Of a stretch of 32,000 nt of DNA, positions 16,106 through 22,902 are shown one piece after another (within the stretch, counting starts at the first letter, position 1; every line of letters starts with the position of its first letter). Both the position numbers and the translations under genes were made by a program. The notes below the pieces were generated by a model. It did not search any database. It was not told the origin of the DNA and was given only the letters and a program-made list of their open reading frames with translations. Source of the stretch: an archaeon GW2011_AR10 (GTDB lineage: Archaea; Iainarchaeota; Iainarchaeia; Iainarchaeales; GW2011-AR10); NCBI GenBank assembly GCA_000830275.1, contig CP010424.1, positions 1,110,001 to 1,142,000 on the forward strand, written 5' to 3'.

Positions 16106-16594
16106 ATGTTTGTTTCAAACACTTCAACCCTGATACTGCTGGCAAAAGTTGATTTGCTGGGCCAATTCATTGAAAATTTTGGGAAAATCGAGATAACTGG
16201 AGAGGTAAGCAAAGAGTTTTCTGCAAAAGATTCTTTTGATGCAAAATTTATAAGCCGCTTAATTGAAGAGAAAAAAGTAATCGTCAAAAAAGCGGAGAGT
16301 AACATGGTTTCTGGTATTTTGATGGAGTTTTCCTTGGATAAGGGCGAGGCAACGGCGTTTGCATTATTTAATGAAAAAAGGCACAAAGCAATTTTGACGG
16401 ACGACTATGAATTAATAAAACTGTGCATGCTGAGGGAAGTACAGTTTCTTTCTGCAATGGCAATAGTTGTCAGAATGAAAGAAAAAAAGATTTTGAGCAA
16501 AGAAGAAGCCCTGCAAAAAATCAATGAATTAAACTCTTATGGGCGATATTCAAGAGAGTTGCTCGATTTTTACGTTTCGGAGGTGAAAAAGTGA
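16106..16594 (+). CDS. PIN-like nuclease, DUF3368 (COG2405) family toxin candidate
   Basis: MFVSNTSTLILLAKVDLLGQFIENFGKIEITGEV..LDKGEATAFALFNEK..AILTDDYELIKLC fits the DUF3368 pattern. TATA-like AATAATTTTAAAT lies about 25 nt upstream. Confidence 0.8.
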   Translation: MFVSNTSTLILLAKVDLLGQFIENFGKIEITGEVSKEFSAKDSFDAKFISRLIEEKKVIVKKAESNMVSGILMEFSLDKGEATAFALFNEKRHKAILTDDYELIKLCMLREVQFLSAMAIVVRMKEKKILSKEEALQKINELNSYGRYSRELLDFYVSEVKK

Positions 16595-16878
16595 GAACTA
16601 CATCAGTAAGATTGGAAGAACCGGAATCGGTCACGGCTTTTCAGAAAGTCCTAAAGGAAAAAAAATCAGAAGTGTTGCGGCAGCTAATAGAAAAAGGCCG
16701 CAAGGCAAAGTCGCTGGAATTGTTCAAGCAAAAAAAAGTATCCCTCGGCCTTGGAGCAAGACTGGCAGGTTTAACAGTAAGCGGGTATTTGGACCTATTG
16801 GAAGAAAACAGGATACCGCTAAACCTTTCCAGACGAGAAGCACAAAAAGCATTAAATACTGCGAGAAAAGTAATGTAA
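16591..16878 (+). CDS. UPF0175 (COG2886) family antitoxin candidate
   Basis: FKQKKVSLGLGARLAGLTVSGYLDLLEENRIPLNLS matches the UPF0175 core. The GTG start overlaps the upstream stop (GTGA). Confidence 0.7.
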   Translation: MRTTSVRLEEPESVTAFQKVLKEKKSEVLRQLIEKGRKAKSLELFKQKKVSLGLGARLAGLTVSGYLDLLEENRIPLNLSRREAQKALNTARKVM

Positions 16879-16891
16879 GCCATATCCAAAG

Positions 16892-16990
16892 GTTGTTTTA
16901 AGCATTCTTGACGGTGCAGTTCCAGCCAAAAAAAATTGAGCTACTGCGCGTAGAAGTGAATTTAAGGGCTCCTTGTGAGTGCGTTTCCGG
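16892..16990 (+). repeat. 99-bp direct repeat, copy 2 (orphan adhesin 3' end upstream of orc1/cdc6)
   Basis: Encodes a relic VVLSILDGAVPAKKN* in the frame of the adhesin C-terminus. 92 of 99 positions match 15961-16059. Confidence 0.9.
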
Positions 16991-16994
16991 TGCA

Positions 16995-17006
16995 AGCCTT
17001 TTAATC
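16995..17006 (+). promoter_or_regulatory. putative TATA/BRE core of orc1/cdc6 (AGCCTTTTAATC)
   Basis: AT-rich box about 29 nt upstream of ATG 17030. The same CCTTTT(T)A core lies 21-45 nt upstream of several other starts (817-830, 263-275, 11907-11921). Confidence 0.35.
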
Positions 17007-17029
17007 TTCTTCCGACAATATTTTTTTTG

Positions 17030-18160
17030 ATGAAGAAAAACATTTTTGAGCGCTCCGGCAAGGAGAAGCAGGTTTTTAAGGATGAAAAGTACCTTTACCC
17101 CGAGTTTGTGCCGGAGAGGCTTCCGCACCGTGACAGGGAAATTGATGCGCTAGTGTATGGCTTTAATCCTTTGGTTAAGGGGGGGAAACCGCACAACTTT
17201 TTTGTTGTCGGGCCAACAGGCGTTGGAAAAACTGCCTGCGTGAAGTATGTTTTGAATGAGCTGCAGGAATACAGCGACAGGGCAAAAGCCCTTTACTTGA
17301 ACTGCTTCGAGTTCAATGCAAGGCACGCAATTCTCTCCAAAATAGCGAATTTTTTGGGCGCTCCTGTTCCAAGGCGCGGGATTGCAACAGATGAAATTTA
17401 TTCGAGGTTCCTTGAGGCCTTGAAGAAGGCTGATTTTTCCCCAGTAATTGTTTTGGATGAAGTTGACCAGCTTCTTTTGAAGGCTGATGGGTCAAAGCTT
17501 TTGTATGATTTGCTGCGCGTAGTGGAGTATGAGAGGGCAAGAGTTGCCTTGGTGCTTATTTCGAATGACATTGAGTTGACAGCAAAACTTGATTCCCGCG
17601 TGAGGAGCTCCCTCACAGAGGAAAAAATTGTTTTTGAGTCCTACACTCCAGCGCAGTTGAAGGACATTCTGCGCGAGAGGGCATCCTTTGCTTTTTTGTC
17701 TGGGGCACTTGGAGAGGAAGTAATACCTGTTGCTGCAGCTCACGCCGCAAGGCTTGGGGGAGACGCAAGAATTGCAATTGAATCCTTGTTGAAGGCGGGA
17801 AGGGAAGCAGAGAAAGAGAATTCCGGCAAAGTTGAAGTGAAGCACTTGAAAAAATCTTTTGAGTCAGTTGATGCGGTTTCTTTGCTGAAAGGAATTAGGC
17901 ACTTGAATGAAAGCGAGGCACTGCTGCTTAAGCTTATTGCTGAAAAGCCCGGCATTTTTTCCGGGGAACTGTTCAAGGCCTTTGGCGGGAAAACTGAACC
18001 GCTTTCAGAGAGGAGGCTCCGCGATCTGTTGAATGGCTTGGAGAAAAAAAACTTTGTTTTCTCAGAGCAAGTCAGCCTAGGCAACAAGGGCAAAACAAGA
18101 AGTTTTTCGTGCAGGCTTCCAAGAGAGCCACTAATGCGGGAGCTTAACCGAAACCAATAA
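17030..18160 (+). CDS. cdc6: Orc1/Cdc6 replication initiator
   Basis: ERLPHRDREIDAL.., Walker A GPTGVGKT, Walker B VIVLDEVD, C-terminal winged helix. ATG 17030 is preferred over the track GTG 16979, which lies inside the 99-bp repeat. Confidence 0.95.
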   Translation: MKKNIFERSGKEKQVFKDEKYLYPEFVPERLPHRDREIDALVYGFNPLVKGGKPHNFFVVGPTGVGKTACVKYVLNELQEYSDRAKALYLNCFEFNARHAILSKIANFLGAPVPRRGIATDEIYSRFLEALKKADFSPVIVLDEVDQLLLKADGSKLLYDLLRVVEYERARVALVLISNDIELTAKLDSRVRSSLTEEKIVFESYTPAQLKDILRERASFAFLSGALGEEVIPVAAAHAARLGGDARIAIESLLKAGREAEKENSGKVEVKHLKKSFESVDAVSLLKGIRHLNESEALLLKLIAEKPGIFSGELFKAFGGKTEPLSERRLRDLLNGLEKKNFVFSEQVSLGNKGKTRSFSCRLPREPLMRELNRNQ

Positions 18161-18207
18161 AAATTCCCGCAACCATAAATATACTACTAACTTTTCCAGT
18201 TGGTTTT

Positions 18208-19023
18208 ATGGCAAAAACCTATAAGAGGTCTGCAACTAGGGCCCTGAAAAAGCAGATAAAATCCCTGAAAAAAGAGGGCACAAAAATTAAGTCAAAGACC
18301 TCAAAGCTTGATGTTGAGCTGAAGAAGCTGAAGGACGGCCTCGAAAAGCTTAAGGGGAAAGGCGTGAAGAAAAAACAGCTTTCGAGGTACAACTTGTTCA
18401 TTCGTGACCAGCTGAAGAAGGGCAGGACATTTGTTCAGGCAGTGCGGCTTTGGAAGAGAGCCGAGAAAGCAACAAGGGTTTTAAGAAAAAAGCCAAGCAC
18501 AAAAAGCAAAACAGTGAAGCCAAAATCAGTTCCCAAAAAGAAATCAGCAGGCCATAAAACCGCCAAAAAAGCAAAAAGCAGTAAAGCGAAAACAAAGCCT
18601 GCCAGGAAAAAAATAACTAAAAAGGTTATAAGAAAGGTTAAGGTTCCAACTGTTATTACAAAGTTTAAGCCAAGGATAATTGAGAAAGATGTTCTTTCCA
18701 AGGAAAAAATTGACCAGATTGTTTCAAGGCTTGACGAAAAACAGAAATCAATGATTGACTCAATAATGTTGCAGATGAAGTATCCAAAACAAGCAATGGT
18801 TTCTGAAAGCGCGGTTGTTCCATCAGATGAGGAAATCGCGATAAAACTCACGAGGCTTTACTTCCGAGAAATAGCTCAACTCGGATTTAAGCGCGGCCTA
18901 GAGCTTGATGCAATAATCAATGCTTACCTTTACTCTCTTGCAAGAGTGCAGAGGATGGGCTTTGAAAGCCAAGAGATAATTGACGCAATAAGAAAATCGG
19001 AGATAAGCAGGAAAGCGTTTTAG
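18208..19023 (+). CDS. lysine-rich (histone H1-like tail) protein with a possible HMG/YABBY-like helix motif and a conserved C-terminal domain
   Basis: Coiled coil, then LSRYNLFIRDQLKKGRTFVQAVRLWKRAEK, then a ~60-aa K/S/T/P-rich tract (KKPSTKSKTVKPKSVPKKKSAGHKTAKKAKSSKAKTKPARKK). The C-terminal domain is shared with the next gene. Confidence 0.75.
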   Translation: MAKTYKRSATRALKKQIKSLKKEGTKIKSKTSKLDVELKKLKDGLEKLKGKGVKKKQLSRYNLFIRDQLKKGRTFVQAVRLWKRAEKATRVLRKKPSTKSKTVKPKSVPKKKSAGHKTAKKAKSSKAKTKPARKKITKKVIRKVKVPTVITKFKPRIIEKDVLSKEKIDQIVSRLDEKQKSMIDSIMLQMKYPKQAMVSESAVVPSDEEIAIKLTRLYFREIAQLGFKRGLELDAIINAYLYSLARVQRMGFESQEIIDAIRKSEISRKAF

Positions 19024-19034
19024 GGGGCGGTTAA

Positions 19035-19313
19035 ATGGAGAAAAAAAATTCTTTGTCGGATGAAGAGGTTGCATTTGAGATTGTGAAGCTTTACTTTGAG
19101 GAAATAGCAAGGCTTGGCTTTAAGAGGAGCCTGGACCTTGATGCAATAATCAATGCTTACTTTTACACAAACGAAAGGCTGAAGAACAAGAGCAAGGACT
19201 TGGAAGAAATAAGGAAAAAGGTTTTAGAGGAAGAGAGAAAGCTTGCAACCGAAACAAAAGAAGAGCTTTTCCCAAGCCTTGAGGAATTAAAGCAAAAACT
19301 TGGGGATGCCTAA
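19035..19313 (+). CDS. small protein paralogous to the C-terminal domain of 18208..19023
   Basis: SDEEVAFEIVKLYFEEIARLGFKRSLDLDAIINAYFY aligns with SDEEIAIKLTRLYFREIAQLGFKRGLELDAIINAYLY. GGGGG/GGCGG Shine-Dalgarno-like sequence lies 8-12 nt upstream. Confidence 0.7.
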   Translation: MEKKNSLSDEEVAFEIVKLYFEEIARLGFKRSLDLDAIINAYFYTNERLKNKSKDLEEIRKKVLEEERKLATETKEELFPSLEELKQKLGDA

Positions 19314-19319
19314 CAAAAT

Positions 19320-20507
19320 TCAGTGTGACAACTGTATTTTTATCACGTCGTTGTTTTTGAGCTCGTGGTCTTTTCCTATTCTTTGGCCTGTCCTGCAGTC
19401 AACTGCTGCGATGAACCTTTCAACGAAGCCTGAGTGAATTGCTTCCGCCAGCCTAATAGCAGTTGAGCCCTTTCTCAGCAAGTAAGCGTCAGGCAAAAAG
19501 TTTCCTTTCCCGCTCTGCCACTTGTTTGAGTCCTGCACTGGGTAAACAACTATTAGGCTCAAAAGCCCGAAAGCAGTTTTATTGATTGCCTGTTGGACGC
19601 CGGTGCTGCCCCACTTTTTCAAAACATTTGACATTATGAATTCTAGTGCTTTCCTCTGCTTTTCTGGGAGTTCTTGTTTCAGCAGCTTGAATTCGCTGCT
19701 GCCTGGCACATACTCAATTATTCCTGCTTTTGCTGCTTTCCTTAACGCAAGCTCCGCTTCACTGCAGCACGGGATTATAATGTGCTGCGGGAACTCCTTG
19801 ACAAGCCTTTCATAGTTTTCCTTTGCGCCCTCCAAATCAATCTTGTTTGCAACAACAATCATTGGCTTGCTTTTTTTTCTTATTTCCTCAGAAAATCGCA
19901 GTATTTCCTCCTCACTCCATGAGTCTGGCTTTTCGCTGAAGGAGCCTTTCTCCAGAACGCTTTTGACTTCATCTTCTGTTATGCCTAGGCCTGTTAGCTG
20001 ATTTGCAAGCCCCTCGCTTGCTTTCCCTGCAAGGGATGCCTGCTTCGAGATTTTGCCCCAGTTCTTGGTGAGAATTCCATTAATCCAATAGCTTATTTCT
20101 TTTTCAAGGAACCGCACATCCTCTGCCGGGTCATTGCTCTCAACGGAGTTTCCCTCAAGGTCTGTTCTCCCGCTTGCATCAAGCACCTGAATCAGTGCTT
20201 TTGCCTGCATCAAGTCATTCATGAAAGCATTTCCAAGGCCCTTTCCTTTGTGGGCGTCAGGCACCAATCCTGCAACATCCAGCAAAGTGATTGGAATAAG
20301 CCTTATGCTATTCTCGCACTTGCTGTTAACGGGCTGGCAGGGCTTTTCTTTTTCCTCGTGCACGCATTTTGTTGAAACATATGCTGTGCCCTGGTTGGGC
20401 TTGATTGTTGTGAAAGGCCGGTTCGCTATTTCCACATCAACAAGCGTTGCTGCGCTAAAAAAAGTTGATTTTCCCTTGTTTGGGCCCCCTACAACGCCTA
20501 TAATCAT
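19320..20507 (-). CDS. Obg/YchF-DRG-type GTPase with C-terminal TGS domain
   Basis: G1 GGPNKGKST, G2 region FTTIKPN, G3 DVAGLV, G4 NKID. TGS-like tail RKGSTAIRLAEAIHSGFVERFIAAVDCRTGQRIGKDHELKNNDVIKI. Confidence 0.9.
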   Translation of the reverse strand: MIIGVVGGPNKGKSTFFSAATLVDVEIANRPFTTIKPNQGTAYVSTKCVHEEKEKPCQPVNSKCENSIRLIPITLLDVAGLVPDAHKGKGLGNAFMNDLMQAKALIQVLDASGRTDLEGNSVESNDPAEDVRFLEKEISYWINGILTKNWGKISKQASLAGKASEGLANQLTGLGITEDEVKSVLEKGSFSEKPDSWSEEEILRFSEEIRKKSKPMIVVANKIDLEGAKENYERLVKEFPQHIIIPCCSEAELALRKAAKAGIIEYVPGSSEFKLLKQELPEKQRKALEFIMSNVLKKWGSTGVQQAINKTAFGLLSLIVVYPVQDSNKWQSGKGNFLPDAYLLRKGSTAIRLAEAIHSGFVERFIAAVDCRTGQRIGKDHELKNNDVIKIQLSH

Positions 20508-20571
20508 TTTGCCCCGAAATCACTTCTCTTTCAATCATTCTTTAATTTTAACTGAAAAAAATTATGTGCAG

Positions 20572-20754
20572 GCAGCTGTAGTGTAATGGCAGCATCCGAG
20601 CTTCCCAAAAGCGGAAAGGCCCGTTTACGACCTGTACTTGTTCCACTTTCAGTGGGACGGTAGTTCAAGGTTTGCTCAAGTTTGCTCATACGGCCTTAGT
20701 TATTTTCACGATTGGAATGAGCTCGTAGCCCGGGTTCGAGTCCCGGCAGCTGCA
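20572..20754 (+). tRNA. tRNA-Gly(CCC) with a 112-nt intron at the canonical 37/38 position
   Basis: Acceptor gcagctg/cagctgc plus discriminator A. D arm gtgt-aatggca-gcat. Anticodon arm cgagc-ttCCCaa-gctcg after splicing. T arm ccggg-ttcgagt-cccgg. U8, A14, G18G19, U33 and T54-C56 are present. No encoded CCA. TATA-like TTTAATTTTAA lies about 25 nt upstream. Confidence 0.85.
20608..20719 (+). other. tRNA intron with a bulge-helix-bulge motif
   Basis: Central 4-bp helix: ttcc (20602-05) with ggaa (20714-17). 3-nt bulges caa (20606-08) and tga (20718-20). Flanking anticodon stem of 5 bp. The inner helix is weak (aa/tt, then cg/cg after a mismatch). Confidence 0.75.
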
Positions 20755-20907
20755 TTAAACCGTATTCGGTTTACGAATGTGCCATGCTCCGTTTCACTTT
20801 GCATGGCACTGCTCAAACGGAAAGATCCGTTTACGACCTATATGTGTGCCATCTTCGATGGCACGATAATTTTGCTCAGTTGCAAGGTGTGCAATCTGCG
20901 ATGGCAC
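20611..20907 (+). repeat. family-3 hairpin modules: one in the tRNA intron, two to three in the 3' trailer
   Basis: Unit 1, 20611-20658: gcggaaaggcccgtttacgacctgtacttgttccactttcagtgggac. Unit 2, 20767-20809. Unit 3, 20817-20864: acggaaagatccgtttacgacctatatgtgtgccatcttcgatggcac. Degenerate unit 4, 20887-20907. Each is followed by (T)TTGCTCA. Confidence 0.75.
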
Positions 20908-20944
20908 TGGCTCACTTCGTTCTCCAAAAAAAGAAAGAAGAGAA

Positions 20945-20964
20945 AGGGTCAGTTGACCCTTTTT
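20945..20964. terminator. bidirectional terminator-like palindrome
   Basis: agggtcagttgaccct followed by TTTTT on the + strand. An A7 run at 20926-32 gives T7 on the - strand, just downstream of the small minus-strand CDS. Confidence 0.35.
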
Positions 20965-21104
20965 AATTCCTTTATCCTTTCCTCGATTCCTTTGACTTCG
21001 TTTTCAAGGCTGTCCTTGTATTCTTCCAGCATTTCTATTTTCTCTTCTTTTGTAAGGTACCTTCTTGGGGCTTCAAAGCCTTCCCCGCAACATACGTAAC
21101 TCAC
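20949..21104 (-). CDS. small coiled-coil protein, DUF5320-like (51 aa)
   Basis: My own translation from GTG 21104 with GGAGG 7 nt upstream: (M)SYVCCGEGFEAPRRYLTKEEKIEMLEEYKDSLENEVKGIEERIKELKRVN. Below the track size cutoff. The + ORF 20638..21099 is spurious. Confidence 0.5.
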   Translation of the reverse strand: MSYVCCGEGFEAPRRYLTKEEKIEMLEEYKDSLENEVKGIEERIKELKRVN

Positions 21105-21130
21105 TCCAATTCCTCCCGAACATTTAATTT

Positions 21131-21216
21131 GTATCGGTTATACGATACTTAAGTAGTATTTATACTAAGGCATATTTATATATATCGGTCACCCAATATT
21201 AGTATGCATGATACTA
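21131..21216. promoter_or_regulatory. palindromes in the divergent PadR / small-CDS promoter region
   Basis: gtatcg-gttata-cgatac (21131-48), tagtat-tt-atacta (21154-67), tagtat-gcatg-atacta (21200-16). TATA-like CATATTTATATATAT at 21171-85. Confidence 0.3.
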
Positions 21217-21509
21217 GTTATGCCAGATACTGTTGTGACATGCGCGGCATGCTTTCCTTTCTCATTCTTTTCTTGCTCTCGAAGAAGAAAATGCATGGGC
21301 AGGAACTTGCAGAAGAAATCGGGCGAAGGAAAGGCTCGAAGCCCAGCCCCGGCACAATTTACCCTGCACTCAAGGGCCTGAGGGAAGAAGGCCTGATTGC
21401 TGAGAAAAGGGAGGGAAAGAAAGTTACTTACAGTTTAACCAAGGAAGGCGAAGCAGGTTTAAAGGATGCAAAAAAGCAGTTCTGCAGGACCTTTGTGGGC
21501 GTTTTCTAG
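21204..21509 (+). CDS. PadR family transcriptional regulator
   Basis: MRGMLSFLILFLLSKKKMHGQELAEEIGRRKGSKPSPGTIYPALKGLREEGLIAEKREGKKVTYSLTKEG is a PadR wHTH. Alternative start at ATG 21240. Confidence 0.85.
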   Translation: MHDTSYARYCCDMRGMLSFLILFLLSKKKMHGQELAEEIGRRKGSKPSPGTIYPALKGLREEGLIAEKREGKKVTYSLTKEGEAGLKDAKKQFCRTFVGVF

Positions 21510-21546
21510 TAAACTGTATTAATTGTTTTTGCACTAAATAATTTTT

Positions 21547-22902
21547 ATGCCGGAACTATGGACTGAAAAGTTTTTCCCTGCAACACTTGAAGAGTTCATT
21601 GGAAATTCCGAAATTGTAAGCGAAGCAGAAAAGTGGGCTTCGGCTTGGAAGCAGGGAAAAAAACAGAAACCGCTTTTGCTGTGGGGTTACCCCGGCGTTG
21701 GAAAAACCTGTCTTGCGTTGCTGATTGCAAAGCTAAAAAACTGGGGCGTCTTTGAGCTAAATTCTTCTGCTTTCAGAAACAAGGACATTATTGAGAGGGT
21801 TGCCGGTGCAGCAGCCATGAATGCAAGCTTTTCCGGGGAAAAACGCCTGATATTGTTTGACGAGGTTGATGGGTTAAGTAGCAGTGACCGGGGCGGAGCC
21901 GGTGCAATGCTTTCAATCATAAAGGAAACCCAAAACCCGGTCATACTTACTGCTAATGACATTTACTCGGACAAAAGACTTGCTCCTTTCAGGGTTGCTG
22001 CAACTCCACTTGAGTTCAAGAAAATAAACTATTTGAGCATTGCAAAAAGGTTAAGGGAAATTCTGCAGCTGGAAGGAGCAGAGTTTGAGGAGGAAGCAGT
22101 CAAACAGCTTGCCAAATCCTCTGAAGGTGACTTTCGCTCTGCACTGCTTGATGCACAGTTTCTTTCCGTAGGTGGAAAAATAACTCTTCCCTCATTGGAT
22201 GCATTGGGGGGGAGGGAGAGGCAGGAAAAGATATTCAAGGTTCTGTTTAAAATATTCAAGGGAAAAGATTTTGAGGAAATCAGGAAGTCAAGGTTTGCTG
22301 CTGAGGTAAGCGATGACCTGCTCAGTGCCTGGATTGAAGAAAACATTGCAAGGCAGTTCACTGGCAACGATGTTGCAGCTGCTTTCGATGCCTTAAGCAG
22401 GGCAGACATTTTTGAGGGAAGAATAATGCGGAGACAGCATTACGGCTTCAAGCGCTATTCCTCTGATTTAATGAGCGCAGGAGTGGGTCTTTCAAGAACA
22501 AAAGAATACCATTCTTTCACGCCGTTTCAGTTTCCGACAATTCTGTCAATGCTTTCAAGGTCAATTGCTTTGAGAGCAATGAAAAAAGAGCTTGCAAAAA
22601 AAATCGGGAAACAGACCCACTCTTCTTCTAGAGAAGTTATGGCTTACGACTTTCCTTTTTTTAGACAAGTGTTAGAAGATAAGGAAAAAATGGTTGAGTT
22701 TGCAGCGCAGTTTGAGCTGGATGAAAACGAAATTGCTTTCATGCTGAACTCAAAGCCCGAAACAAAAAAGGTTCAATCGCTTCTGCTTGAAGCACAGCAG
22801 CTCAGGGCAAAAGAGCTGGCTCCAAAAAAAGTTCCACCCGCTGTTGCCAGCAAGCAATCAGGAGAAGCAGGCAAGGACAGCAGGCAGGCAAGACTGTTCT
22901 AA
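21547..22902 (+). CDS. rfcL: replication factor C large subunit
   Basis: LWTEKFFPATLEEFIGN.., Walker A GYPGVGKT, Walker B LILFDEVDGL. The C-terminal region is typical of archaeal RfcL. Confidence 0.92.
   Translation: MPELWTEKFFPATLEEFIGNSEIVSEAEKWASAWKQGKKQKPLLLWGYPGVGKTCLALLIAKLKNWGVFELNSSAFRNKDIIERVAGAAAMNASFSGEKRLILFDEVDGLSSSDRGGAGAMLSIIKETQNPVILTANDIYSDKRLAPFRVAATPLEFKKINYLSIAKRLREILQLEGAEFEEEAVKQLAKSSEGDFRSALLDAQFLSVGGKITLPSLDALGGRERQEKIFKVLFKIFKGKDFEEIRKSRFAAEVSDDLLSAWIEENIARQFTGNDVAAAFDALSRADIFEGRIMRRQHYGFKRYSSDLMSAGVGLSRTKEYHSFTPFQFPTILSMLSRSIALRAMKKELAKKIGKQTHSSSREVMAYDFPFFRQVLEDKEKMVEFAAQFELDENEIAFMLNSKPETKKVQSLLLEAQQLRAKELAPKKVPPAVASKQSGEAGKDSRQARLF

Noticed and set aside
20608-20719. 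C/D box guide RNA inside the long tRNA intron (as in euryarchaeal tRNA-Trp)
   Set aside because: No RUGAUGA (C/C') or CUGA (D/D') boxes are present on the sense strand of the intron.
20638-21099. 153-aa + strand ORF from the track
   Set aside because: It starts inside the tRNA intron, runs through the tRNA 3' exon and the hairpin repeats, and is low-complexity. The region is better explained by the tRNA, the repeats and the minus-strand 51-aa CDS.
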